64,000 bases of DNA, taken from the NCBI GenBank assembly GCA_031285625.1, contig JAITVV010000095.1, positions 224,001 to 288,000 on the forward strand. The letters are read 5' to 3'. The notes under the pieces were generated by a model that worked only from the letters and a program-made list of their open reading frames with translations, had not been told where the DNA came from and searched no databases. Below are positions 50,635-59,902 of the stretch, in pieces; the stretch's first letter is position 1, and each line of letters begins with the position of its first letter. This DNA comes from Prevotella sp. Its GTDB lineage: Bacteria > Bacteroidota > Bacteroidia > Bacteroidales > Dysgonomonadaceae. Position numbers and translations under genes: made by a program.

Positions 50635-50903
50635 ATCAAATTTTTTTTGTCTGTTATAAACAATTTTACATACCTTATAGTTTATAACTGTTCAGTTACA
50701 TTAGTCGTTTTGCGAGACTCGGCATAATTCAAAACAAGTTTTGATTCTGCCCTCACTACTTAAAACGTTCTATATATACAGAGATGCAAAAGTAATGAAA
50801 AAAGATGACTATTTGAATAATCCCGCTATACCTGCTAAGATATGTATTTATACTTTATCTCGGGAGGGCTAATCTATTTTTTTCAGTAAATGATCAAAAG
50901 ACT

Positions 50904-51344
50904 TTACTTGGGTATCAGATGAAACATTTTTGTCTTACTGTTGTAAGTAATATCATAAACCTGCAGGCGGAAACTTCCGGCTTCGGTATTTAATGGCGCA
51001 CCATCCGTAAGGCTATACATAGCATGGCACTGAGGACAAAAATATCCATCAGAATTTGGAATCAACCGTATGTAATCGCCCGCCATATGCGGATATTTTT
51101 CGTTAGGACACACTGCATTGCAGGCATGTGATATGGTTTTGTCCATATCTGTATAAGGTACATAAATGGCATAACGGATCTGTTCTGTAGCGGGATCGGT
51201 AGAGATAAAATATTTACCCAACTCTACTCCTTCTATCTCTTTGAGCTCATCTGCCAAAAAGCTGATTGTAAATATATCATCATCGTCGCTGCTGCAACCG
51301 GAAAGTAGCATAATAGCAAAAAGGAAAAACAGAACTTTTCTCAT
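50904..51344 (-). CDS. Lipoprotein with Rieske-like fold
   Basis: Lipobox LSGC; A.CP and CPQCHAMYSLTDG.P...LQVY. Confidence 0.6.
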   Translation of the reverse strand: MRKVLFFLFAIMLLSGCSSDDDDIFTISFLADELKEIEGVELGKYFISTDPATEQIRYAIYVPYTDMDKTISHACNAVCPNEKYPHMAGDYIRLIPNSDGYFCPQCHAMYSLTDGAPLNTEAGSFRLQVYDITYNSKTKMFHLIPK

Positions 51345-51443
51345 AATGGTTATAATTTAGTGTGCCAAAGGTAGAAAAAAGAATTAAAGAAAGCCTCCTT
51401 TTGAGGGGAGGCTTTTGGTTGAGGGTAATATTTGGTTAGGTTG

Positions 51444-52688
51444 TTAATCCAAACCAATGCCTTCGCCAGGTATACCTGTACCCGAAGTCGGATTGTTTCT
51501 GCCTGTGTATGTAATAGAGTTTGTAGTACCACATACATTGCTTGTAGTACAGGTGATATTGAAAACACCTTCTTTTTTACCTGTATATCCTGTCATAATC
51601 TTGCCATATTGGTTTATTGGTTTTGCATCACCTGTTACTTTCCATACTGTGTTAGATGTATTAGCGCCATCTATTTTAGCGGAGAAAATATAAGAGGAGT
51701 TTTGCTCATACCAGCCACTACTTGATGGTGGGAGAATCTGAACTGACGGCTTACCTACCCAAACAGATGAATTTTCCACAGTGTAACTTTTACCATCATA
51801 AGTAACTATTGCTTTAATTTTTCCATATCCGTTACCTGATGCTTTAAATGTAGCTGTTGCTGTACCTTGCCCGGAGGCTAAAGTCATATTGGAAATAGGT
51901 TGCCAGTTGATGTTTGAGGCAGAAGGCTCTAATTTATATGAACCATTCTGGTTTGCACAAAGAATAGTGGCAGTTGTCGAAACAGTATGTTTAGGATGTA
52001 TTTTTACTATTTTTTGACCCTCATAATAGTAATCTTTATTAAGATAGCCATTAGATTTGTATGCTGTAGCTTTTATTATATAACTTGTATATATATTCTG
52101 TTTTGCTCTTATCGTTACAATTTGGTTATGAATGGGGATGTAATGCTTGGGATCACTCGTGTTCTTAATAGATATTATATCAAATAAATTCTTATCTATC
52201 TCGACATTTGGAGCTGCATATCCTGATACAGAAGCAATACATTCAACAGTCTCTCCAAATAGTATATAGTCAGGACACATAATAGTAACTTTTCCATATA
52301 TCGATTCTGGTTTTTCCGTTTGACTTGCTGTAATCTTTACCTTGTATGTTTTCATATTTGCAGGTAAATCCCCTTGCTTATAAGCCACAATCTTTGCATC
52401 ATTAGTAGCTGTATTACCCCAAGTTACAAAGAAATCATGCTTAAGACTACCTTTTTTCACCTGTTCAACTCTAGCAGTATCTTTACTGTTGTTAAAAGTT
52501 CCATATTTTCCAGTTCTAATAATAAAATTTGTTTCTTGTGCTAACCCAGAACTGAAGTTTAGTGAATACATCCATGTTTCTCCAGTAACAACATTTTGAT
52601 TTCCCATAATATCTCTGATTTGCCCCCATGCAAATCCAATAGAAATTGATGTTAATAATAATACCATTAAAATTTTCTTCATAAGCAT
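51444..52688 (-). CDS. Exported Ig/PKD-like domain protein
   Basis: Signal peptide, AT-rich, beta-rich repeats, TTSNVCGT motif; terminator hairpin at ~51389-51416. Confidence 0.7.
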   Translation of the reverse strand: MLMKKILMVLLLTSISIGFAWGQIRDIMGNQNVVTGETWMYSLNFSSGLAQETNFIIRTGKYGTFNNSKDTARVEQVKKGSLKHDFFVTWGNTATNDAKIVAYKQGDLPANMKTYKVKITASQTEKPESIYGKVTIMCPDYILFGETVECIASVSGYAAPNVEIDKNLFDIISIKNTSDPKHYIPIHNQIVTIRAKQNIYTSYIIKATAYKSNGYLNKDYYYEGQKIVKIHPKHTVSTTATILCANQNGSYKLEPSASNINWQPISNMTLASGQGTATATFKASGNGYGKIKAIVTYDGKSYTVENSSVWVGKPSVQILPPSSSGWYEQNSSYIFSAKIDGANTSNTVWKVTGDAKPINQYGKIMTGYTGKKEGVFNITCTTSNVCGTTNSITYTGRNNPTSGTGIPGEGIGLD

Positions 52689-52742
52689 AATCTTTTTAAA
52701 TTAATAATTAAATATTCACCGTCCCATATCCGGATTAGGGAC

Positions 52743-52764
52743 TTATACTATAAGACAATTTTGT
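52743..52764 (-). repeat. Right copy of the 22-bp imperfect inverted repeat
   Basis: Minus strand ACAAAATTGTCTTATAGTATAA, 28 nt after the stop codon of the sigma-like gene. Confidence 0.6.
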
Positions 52765-52792
52765 TAAAGAATCTTTACTGATTTTGTGGTCA

Positions 52793-53398
52793 TCAGACTA
52801 ATTCTTCCCTACGTTTCTTAAACTCTTTGTTGGCGCGTACACCTTTCTTTATCTTGGAGATAGCACGTTGGATATTATGTTCCCTTATTCCGGTAATGTC
52901 GGCCAGAGATGCATAGTTTATAGCAGGTTTCAGGTTGATATACATCTTGAAGAGCTCGAAGTCGCGAATACTGTAATTCTTGTACACATAATCGAAGATA
53001 TCCTTCTCCAACTTTTGCTGTTTGTCTTGCAGCTCGGCAAAATACTGGGTATCGGTATCTGCTTTATCATAGTGGGGTAGCAGCTCGCAGTAACGGTTTT
53101 GCTTAATACCGTTTGCCATCAGGTTAGTAAAATAGGAACGTACAAAATAATACCTGTAATTCTCCACATTGGTTCCCGTATAAAGGATATTTTCGTACAT
53201 TTTGAGATAACTCTCGCTGAAAACATCGCAATCGAAATAATTGCGCACTGTCAGATACTGTATCACTTCCTTGTTGTTTTCTACAAACCAAACGTTAAAT
53301 GCTTCCGCCTTTTCGGCATAAACAACGTCCTGTACTCCCTCTTTTTTCTTAAAGTATTTCTTACCCTTGTTACTTCTGTTAGTATTGAATAGCAGCAT
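52793..53398 (-). CDS. Phage-type sigma-70/ECF-like transcription factor
   Basis: Region-2-like DVFSESYLKMYE...YYFVRSYFTN and region-4-like INYASLADITGI...IQRAISKIKK. Confidence 0.65.
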   Translation of the reverse strand: MLLFNTNRSNKGKKYFKKKEGVQDVVYAEKAEAFNVWFVENNKEVIQYLTVRNYFDCDVFSESYLKMYENILYTGTNVENYRYYFVRSYFTNLMANGIKQNRYCELLPHYDKADTDTQYFAELQDKQQKLEKDIFDYVYKNYSIRDFELFKMYINLKPAINYASLADITGIREHNIQRAISKIKKGVRANKEFKKRREELV

Positions 53399-53555
53399 GA
53401 TCTAAGTTTTTATATTCTACACATTCCGGACAATAATCACATTCATTTACACATATATAGCCGACATTGAACAATGTCTGGGGATCCTGTACAGTCACTT
53501 CTGCCGAACAATTGTCGCAGACGACTTTTATGTACTCCTGGTCTTTAATTTTCAT
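53379..53555 (-). CDS. 58-aa zinc-finger-like phage protein
   Basis: Below the ORF-track cut-off. My translation: MKIKDQEYIKVVCDNCSAEV...ECDYCPECVEYKNLDHAAIQY; overlaps the sigma gene start. Confidence 0.55.
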   Translation of the reverse strand: MKIKDQEYIKVVCDNCSAEVTVQDPQTLFNVGYICVNECDYCPECVEYKNLDHAAIQY

Positions 53556-53663
53556 TGGTTATACTTTTAGATTAGTTAGTTAATCCATTCTTTCAGAGAC
53601 AATAAGGGCTCCCGGCTATGTTTACAGCCGCTCTTATTTTTCATTTTTAATTATTAATTCTTA

Positions 53664-54251
53664 TTACTTTCTCAGGCTTTGCCCTCTGAATTTGATACGT
53701 CTTGTAGTAGATACTATACGTTCCATTACCCGCTGCCCGTATCGTCCGGCTATCTCATCTCCCCGCAGGTTGGTAGAAATAATGATGAGTTTTCCGTACT
53801 TCTCGGCTGCGTCCATTACTTCGGCAAAGGCTTGCCGCTTGTTGCCATAATTGACAGAAATATCTTCCGTGCCAATATCATCGAGGCTGATCACGTGTTT
53901 TTTAAGTACATCGTCTATGTATTTATTCATCTCCTGCACATCGTACACCGACACCACTTTGCGCGTATATTTCAGTATGATGGCAGGCAATATATAACGG
54001 GTGAGCAGGCTTTTGCCACGTCCGCAGTCACCATACAGAAACAGCCCCCGCCCCTCGTTGTCGGCCAGCCATTCGGCCACCTGATTGTATTCGGGCTGCC
54101 ACAGCAAATCGACCCCCTCATAGGCAAGAAAATATTTGAAACAACTTTCGAGTACAGCCATCGGATTTTGCAGCTGTATGGCTACGCGCCGTGTTGGCAA
54201 TTGCATACCATGCACACGCATCTGTTCGTATATTTGTTCAAAATCGTTCAT
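53664..54251 (-). CDS. DnaC/IstB-like AAA+ helicase loader
   Basis: GLFLYGDCGRGKS Walker A, LDDIGTE Walker B, STNL, RYGQRVMER, F.GQSLR. Confidence 0.85.
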   Translation of the reverse strand: MNDFEQIYEQMRVHGMQLPTRRVAIQLQNPMAVLESCFKYFLAYEGVDLLWQPEYNQVAEWLADNEGRGLFLYGDCGRGKSLLTRYILPAIILKYTRKVVSVYDVQEMNKYIDDVLKKHVISLDDIGTEDISVNYGNKRQAFAEVMDAAEKYGKLIIISTNLRGDEIAGRYGQRVMERIVSTTRRIKFRGQSLRK

Positions 54252-54789
54252 CTGTCGTTGGTTTTATATGTACTTGCGTATCCCTGTTCTCCCATGTGCG
54301 GACTGCTGCCCGCCAGTCTTTCATCTTGTTTTTCCCTATCATCCAGTCTTTTGCTGTATAGAAGTTTATAAACTGATGCGGATCAACTCCATTATTCCTT
54401 TTCCGGCAATAGCTTTCCACTTCCTGAGGCTGAGGAGGCAAGAAGATTATTTTCTCTTTACGGCTCGTTTTTTTAGTTTTGCTTTCGCTCTCTGTTATAC
54501 TTACCTTATCACAGAATAAAAGTGTGTATACCGGCGATTTCTTTTTACGCTGCCCTGCCTCAAAAGAGATTAAATTTTTTTGCTGCAACTTGCTTCTTGC
54601 CTCTATCAGTGTTTTTTCTGAAATACTGATAGAAGAAGTGATCAGTCCGTTAGAACATTCGAAAGGATTTTCCCAGTTGCGGATATTCGACTCCTGCATC
54701 AAAAAGTAGTACAAGTCCGCCTCACTGGACGTAAACCTCATCCTGCGCCGTGCTTGCCAAAACTGATTTATAAGCTCTATGTAATTCAT
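54238..54789 (-). CDS. Phage replication initiator-like protein
   Basis: MNYIELINQFW winged-helix N-terminus and PP...EV..YC...F.NFY....W..GKNKMKDWRAAVRTWE C-terminus; overlaps the DnaC-like gene. Confidence 0.75.
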   Translation of the reverse strand: MNYIELINQFWQARRRMRFTSSEADLYYFLMQESNIRNWENPFECSNGLITSSISISEKTLIEARSKLQQKNLISFEAGQRKKKSPVYTLLFCDKVSITESESKTKKTSRKEKIIFLPPQPQEVESYCRKRNNGVDPHQFINFYTAKDWMIGKNKMKDWRAAVRTWENRDTQVHIKPTTDERF

Positions 54790-55124
54790 ATATATGTGAA
54801 TCTGTCTTCCAGTATATCATAAGCCTGTTCGCCCGCCTCTTTTCCGTTACGGTTGTATTCTTCTATAATCGGCTTCAGGCGCGAGGTCAACACGGCAGTA
54901 TCTTCATACAGCAAGTCCCATTCATCATCCAGTACTTCAGACGCTTTCACGTTTACGGTATCCATATAGGCATCGAATGATACACAAACTCGTATATCGC
55001 CTATAACATCGTCAAAATCTGTCACATCCATCTCATCAGAATTGTATAAATGACTCGTAATGGATTTTATTATGCTACTCATTTGTGTTTCATTGCAATA
55101 GCAATCAATTTTTAACGCTCCCAT
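54786..55124 (-). CDS. Phage-type hypothetical protein
   Basis: 112-aa acidic ORF; first gene of the leftward operon. Confidence 0.65.
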   Translation of the reverse strand: MGALKIDCYCNETQMSSIIKSITSHLYNSDEMDVTDFDDVIGDIRVCVSFDAYMDTVNVKASEVLDDEWDLLYEDTAVLTSRLKPIIEEYNRNGKEAGEQAYDILEDRFTYI

Positions 55125-55193
55125 TTTTCTGCCATTTTAGTTGCGAGTTTCTATTTATTTTCTTTTATTTGATTGGTAATTACCTTTACAATA

Positions 55194-55384
55194 CAAATAT
55201 ACACAATTATGTGAATACAACATACACATATCAGTGAATATTTATGTTAATAAATGTTAGTTTGTTGTATTTGAATAAGTAAGCGTTTATCTTTGGTAAT
55301 TCATTATGTGTAAAAGAAGTAAATAAAAATATAAGGATATAATCCTTTTTTGAAAAGCAAAGTAGAATACACAAAAGAGTGAAT
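55194..55384. promoter_or_regulatory. Divergent control region with three ATACAC-N6-GTGAAT operators
   Basis: Copies at 55199-55216, 55222-55239 and 55367-55384. Leftward TATATTTG -7 element (55194-55201) overlaps the first copy. Confidence 0.75.
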
Positions 55385-55385
55385 C

Positions 55386-56123
55386 ATGGAAGCATATGAG
55401 AGAATCAGGAAAATCAGGGAGGATCTGTTTAAAGGATCAAATATTGAGTTTGCAAAGGCAATAGATGAAAAACCCAACACTACCAGCAACTGGATGAGTG
55501 GAAATCGCAAGATAGGGCTCGAAGTACTTGAAAAAATACTGGCGCGCCTGCCCCAGATAAGTTCAAGTTGGCTGGTGTCGGGAGAAGGGCCGATGATAAA
55601 AACAGATTCGGGCAAGGAAGAGCCTTACCTGATCACCAAATCGGGGGTAAAATATTTTCAGTTGCCTAACGGTAAGTTTCTGATGCGTGTACCTTTTGTT
55701 CCAGTGAAGGCATACGCCAAGTATGTAGACGAACACAGGGATGCTGAGGCCGCCGAACCGCTGGATGAATACAATTTTATAGTAGACCAGATAGGGCACG
55801 GATGCTATATGGCCTTTGAGATAAAGGGCGACAGCATGGATGATGATACACGTAAAAGTCTCGGCAATGGCGATATCGTTTTGGGGCGTGAACTGGGGCC
55901 GGAGCACTGGAAGGATAAACTGCACACCAATGAGTATCCTAACTGGGTGATTGTATTAGACAACACAATCTTGTGTAAGCAGATTGTAGATCAGGATGTG
56001 GAGAGGGGGGTTATTACCTGCCATTCGTTGAATCCTTCACCTGAATATTCAGATTTTGAGCTAAGCTTTAATGATATTCGACAGATGTTCAATATTATAC
56101 AGAGAGTGTCGAATATGATATAA
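55386..56123 (+). CDS. CI/LexA-like repressor (HTH plus S24 peptidase)
   Basis: N-terminal HTH ending WLVSGEGPM; AFEIKGDSM (Ser) and ILCKQI (Lys). Confidence 0.9.
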   Translation: MEAYERIRKIREDLFKGSNIEFAKAIDEKPNTTSNWMSGNRKIGLEVLEKILARLPQISSSWLVSGEGPMIKTDSGKEEPYLITKSGVKYFQLPNGKFLMRVPFVPVKAYAKYVDEHRDAEAAEPLDEYNFIVDQIGHGCYMAFEIKGDSMDDDTRKSLGNGDIVLGRELGPEHWKDKLHTNEYPNWVIVLDNTILCKQIVDQDVERGVITCHSLNPSPEYSDFELSFNDIRQMFNIIQRVSNMI

Positions 56124-56124
56124 C

Positions 56125-56469
56125 ATGGCAAAATATAAGAAAACCAGTTTCATTGGGTTGCTCATACTGATATCTATTTACATGCTTATTTCCGTATCTT
56201 TAAACAAATGTGTAGAAAACAGACAAAAGGGAGCAGAGTATAGAGGAGTATTGAATGAAGTTTTTAGGGATGAAAATAACAGATATACACATACCTACAA
56301 AATTCAAACTGATAATGGAATCATTAATCAAGTAGTTATTTCTTATAGTAAGAGTTTAGATTATGTAGAAATTGGAGATTCTATTATTACAGAAAAAGGA
56401 AAGCTGGAAATAATCATTAGGAAGAAAAGTTCCAATTATAATACTTATGCAGTTTTTCCTTATGAATAA
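56125..56469 (+). CDS. Hypothetical membrane-anchored protein
   Basis: 114 aa, N-terminal TM segment, AT-rich, directly after the repressor. Confidence 0.6.
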   Translation: MAKYKKTSFIGLLILISIYMLISVSLNKCVENRQKGAEYRGVLNEVFRDENNRYTHTYKIQTDNGIINQVVISYSKSLDYVEIGDSIITEKGKLEIIIRKKSSNYNTYAVFPYE

Positions 56470-56478
56470 TGCGCTGGT

Positions 56479-57648
56479 TTACACTGTCTCTTTATAAATA
56501 CCCAGCACTTCTTCTACATTCTTCAGCCATCCCTGAAAATCGAAGCGGGCTACAGCTTTATCCAGATCGGTGCTATATTTTACCGACAGGGTAGGATCGT
56601 CAAGTACCATCTTCATTCCTTGATAGACACCTTCGGCACTATTGTCGACAAGGATGCCGTATTTGCCGCCATCGACGATATCGCGTGGGCCTCCACAGTC
56701 GGTAGTGATAACAGGGGTACGCAGCGCCATAGATTCGAGCAATGCCAGAGAAAAACTTTCCCTCTCGGAAACGCACAACGACCATTTACACTGCAATATA
56801 TACGGGAAAGGGTTCTCGATACGGCCATACAGTGTAATATTATCTGTAAGGTTGAGCCCGGTTAATGAATCATGCATCGACTGGCTGTTCATACCTTCAC
56901 CTATAATATAAATATGAAAAGTATAACCTTCTTCTTTCAACCGGCCGGCAGCATTCAGCAACCTGTCGGTACGCTTTTCGGGTGATATACGTGTTATCAG
57001 TATAAAGTTGGTATGCCCCTGAGGAAGGTCTTCGATCGGTTGTTTTGCCTTTTCGGCTGCAGTGGACAGATCGATGGCATTGTACAATACTACAATATCC
57101 TTGGGCATGCTGCCATCATGCAAAACATTCAGATAGGCATTCCGGGCAGCATCGGAAACACAGATTACCTTATCAAATTTGTCATAAGACTTTTGCACCC
57201 TTTTTATTTGCTTCTTATTTAGCCAGACCGACAACTTTTCGCGCGTGGTATTTGCTTCATATTTTCGTTTGTAGAGTATATTATGTATCCACAACACTTT
57301 AGGCACTTCCATCTTACTGAATATGCGGGCAAAGAATGTTTCTTTGAAGCAGACTATTTCGTCATAATCGGCAGCTTTTATACCTTTCCTTTTAGCAAAG
57401 ATGCGGGGAAAGAATATCATCAGGTTTTCGCCGATCTTCTTTTTCAGATGCGATGTATCTTTTTCATAGATATACTTTACATGTACCCGCCACGACAGGT
57501 CGCGGAGTAATATATTCCGGTCGGATGGTTCGGGCAAAAGCAGTGTGATGGCACATTCTTTGGTTACCAGGTGATTAAGCAGGCTGACAAGGAGCTTTTC
57601 CGTTCCTCCCATTTCCATGCTGTCATTGAAAAATAGAATGCGTTTCAT
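56479..57648 (-). CDS. GT4 family glycosyltransferase
   Basis: MGGTEK, WIHN, ESFSLALLESMAL..PVITTDCGG. Confidence 0.92.
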   Translation of the reverse strand: MKRILFFNDSMEMGGTEKLLVSLLNHLVTKECAITLLLPEPSDRNILLRDLSWRVHVKYIYEKDTSHLKKKIGENLMIFFPRIFAKRKGIKAADYDEIVCFKETFFARIFSKMEVPKVLWIHNILYKRKYEANTTREKLSVWLNKKQIKRVQKSYDKFDKVICVSDAARNAYLNVLHDGSMPKDIVVLYNAIDLSTAAEKAKQPIEDLPQGHTNFILITRISPEKRTDRLLNAAGRLKEEGYTFHIYIIGEGMNSQSMHDSLTGLNLTDNITLYGRIENPFPYILQCKWSLCVSERESFSLALLESMALRTPVITTDCGGPRDIVDGGKYGILVDNSAEGVYQGMKMVLDDPTLSVKYSTDLDKAVARFDFQGWLKNVEEVLGIYKETV

Positions 57649-57658
57649 ACCGATTTGT

Positions 57659-58618
57659 TCAGGAGATTATTTTTACTACCGATTCTACCCAGTAGTCTTC
57701 ACTATTGAGGCAGGGAATGTATGTGAGTTCCGCACCTCCGTGCTTTATAAACAATTGTTTGGTCTTTAAGTTTATGTCATACAGCGTTTCCAGGTTGTCG
57801 GCCGCAAATCCCGGTGCTACTACAAGGATCTTTTTGTGCCCTTCTTCTGCTAGTTCCTTTACAATCTCGTCCAGATCAGGATTTAGCCAGTTGCTGCCCA
57901 TAGCCGAGTGATAAGTCAGTCTGGTCTTTCTGTAATCTATGTTCAGTTCTTTAGTCAGCAATAATACTGTTTCTTTGGTCTGATATACATAGTCAAACTC
58001 TTTACCTTTCCTCCACCCCTTTTCTACATGGCTGATAGGCAGGCTGTGAAAACTGAAAACAATCTTATCAAAACCATCTTTTATATGAGGCTCTATACTT
58101 TTGGCAAGGGAAGAGATATAAGCCGGATGATTGAAGTAAGGTTCAATAAATTTAAGCCGGAAAGGATAAGGGCGTTTGAAAAACTGTTTACCGACTTCGT
58201 CTATTACAGTTTTATATGATGATTCCGCATATTGCGGAAACAAGGGCAATACGATCACCTCATGCAATCTGTTATTCTTAGCAATAAGGCGCTCCAGAGC
58301 AAGCGTTGTATCAGGCTGCCCATACCTCATAGCTACCTCTACAGGCATTTCCGTAAGGGTTTCCAGTTTCCGGGCAAGGTCTTTTGCATGATATAGCAGA
58401 GGGGAATCCTTATACTTATGGTTCCATATAAGCCTGTAATGGGCTGTAGAACTAAACTGACGCAGGGGTATAATAATACCGTTTACCAGAATAGGGCGAA
58501 ACCAGTCGGGCACAGTCATCACATACGGATCTGAAAGCATAGAGCGAATAAAGAATTTCACATCTTTCCGTCCACAAGTTTTGGGACTGCCGGTATTTAC
58601 TAATAGAACTCCTTTCAT
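57659..58618 (-). CDS. hemH: Ferrochelatase
   Basis: GVLLVNTGSP, SPL, AMRYGQP, PLFPQYA, FSFHSLP, FAADNLETL. Confidence 0.93.
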   Translation of the reverse strand: MKGVLLVNTGSPKTCGRKDVKFFIRSMLSDPYVMTVPDWFRPILVNGIIIPLRQFSSTAHYRLIWNHKYKDSPLLYHAKDLARKLETLTEMPVEVAMRYGQPDTTLALERLIAKNNRLHEVIVLPLFPQYAESSYKTVIDEVGKQFFKRPYPFRLKFIEPYFNHPAYISSLAKSIEPHIKDGFDKIVFSFHSLPISHVEKGWRKGKEFDYVYQTKETVLLLTKELNIDYRKTRLTYHSAMGSNWLNPDLDEIVKELAEEGHKKILVVAPGFAADNLETLYDINLKTKQLFIKHGGAELTYIPCLNSEDYWVESVVKIIS

Positions 58619-58632
58619 GTGGTCAATTCGAA

Positions 58633-58713
58633 AATGAGCAGATTAGCGGATTAGCAAATTCGGGAATGAGAAATATTTTTTACTAATTTGCTAATTCTCG
58701 AATCTGCTAATTT
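58633..58713. repeat. Inverted arrays of degenerate octamers
   Basis: GATTAGCG/GATTAGCA/AATGAGCA units facing CTAATTTG/CTAATTCT/CGAATCTG units. Confidence 0.55.
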
Positions 58714-58719
58714 ATATAT

Positions 58720-59694
58720 TTACACGTACGTCTCCAAAAGTAATACACTTCCCTGAGGGCTTATACTTACACTCTTGGTATCTGCCGGGATAAGGATTGT
58801 CTCACCTTGTTTTACACTGAGGTCATTCCCTTTGTTATCCCTGATATCACAAGCTCCACCCATACAAATATAGGCAATAAAAGAGTCATTGCCGGTATAA
58901 TCACGGGTAATATCTTTTGTAAGTTCAAGCAGGTTTGTAGTAAAGTACTTGCACGACTCCAGCTCTACCGGCTGGTTTTCTTTGCGGGTATAAGACGATT
59001 TGTAATTGTCATACAATTTGTAGTCTATGGCATCTTTAGCAAGCTCGGTATGCAATTCGCGTCCGTTTCCGTTTGCATCCTTCCGGTTGTAATCATATAT
59101 ACGGTATGTGATATCTGAGGTTTGCTGTATCTCGGCAATGAATGTTCCGGCACCGATAGCGTGTACACGTCCGGCAGGAAGGAAGAATACATCCCCTTTC
59201 TTTATATCATGCTTAGCCAGAGAATCTACAAATGTATTGTCTTCGATGCTTTTCACATACGATTCGGGAGTCATTTGTTTTTCAAATCCTGAGTACAGGA
59301 AAGCTCCCGGAGCGGCATTGATTACGTACCACATTTCTGTTTTGCCAAAAGAATTGTGTCTTTTCTTAGCCAGTTCATCGTCAGGGTGTACCTGTATAGA
59401 AAGATTATCGCGGGCATCAATAAATTTGATAAGCAACGGGAATGTTGTTCCAAAAGTGTCAAAATTCTTTTTACCTACCAGTTGCTCCTTATATGTTGCT
59501 ATAACCTCGTCCAGGCTTTTGTTTTCCAGTTCACCGTTAGCTATAACCGACACATTGCCTTTTACACTGGATATTTCCCAACTCTCGCCGATGCCTTCCT
59601 GCAACGGGGTTACATTCTTAAACTTGCATATTTCGTCACCTCCCCAAATAATGGATTTGAGAATAGGTTTAAATTTTAAGGGGTATAAATTCAT
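58720..59694 (-). CDS. manA: Mannose-6-phosphate isomerase, class I
   Basis: IWGG, GESWE, FPLLIKFIDA, LSIQVHP, GKTEMWY, EIQQTSDITYR. Confidence 0.95.
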   Translation of the reverse strand: MNLYPLKFKPILKSIIWGGDEICKFKNVTPLQEGIGESWEISSVKGNVSVIANGELENKSLDEVIATYKEQLVGKKNFDTFGTTFPLLIKFIDARDNLSIQVHPDDELAKKRHNSFGKTEMWYVINAAPGAFLYSGFEKQMTPESYVKSIEDNTFVDSLAKHDIKKGDVFFLPAGRVHAIGAGTFIAEIQQTSDITYRIYDYNRKDANGNGRELHTELAKDAIDYKLYDNYKSSYTRKENQPVELESCKYFTTNLLELTKDITRDYTGNDSFIAYICMGGACDIRDNKGNDLSVKQGETILIPADTKSVSISPQGSVLLLETYV

Positions 59695-59902
59695 CTTATC
59701 TTTTTGTTTTACAAATTTCTATGCAAAAGTAGTTAAACTTTTATCAATTCTTTTGCCTATTTGTTAATTTTCATATCAAAATATAGTTATGATTATCTAA
59801 AAAAATCATATATTCGCGAAAAATATATACACACAAACGAAACGCTCAGGCGGAATTTTGTACTAGCACAAACGAACACATACACAATAATAGATTAATG
59901 CT

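Noticed and set aside
54400-54540. Iteron origin inside the replication initiator gene
   Set aside because: No convincing direct repeats are seen in the short linker.
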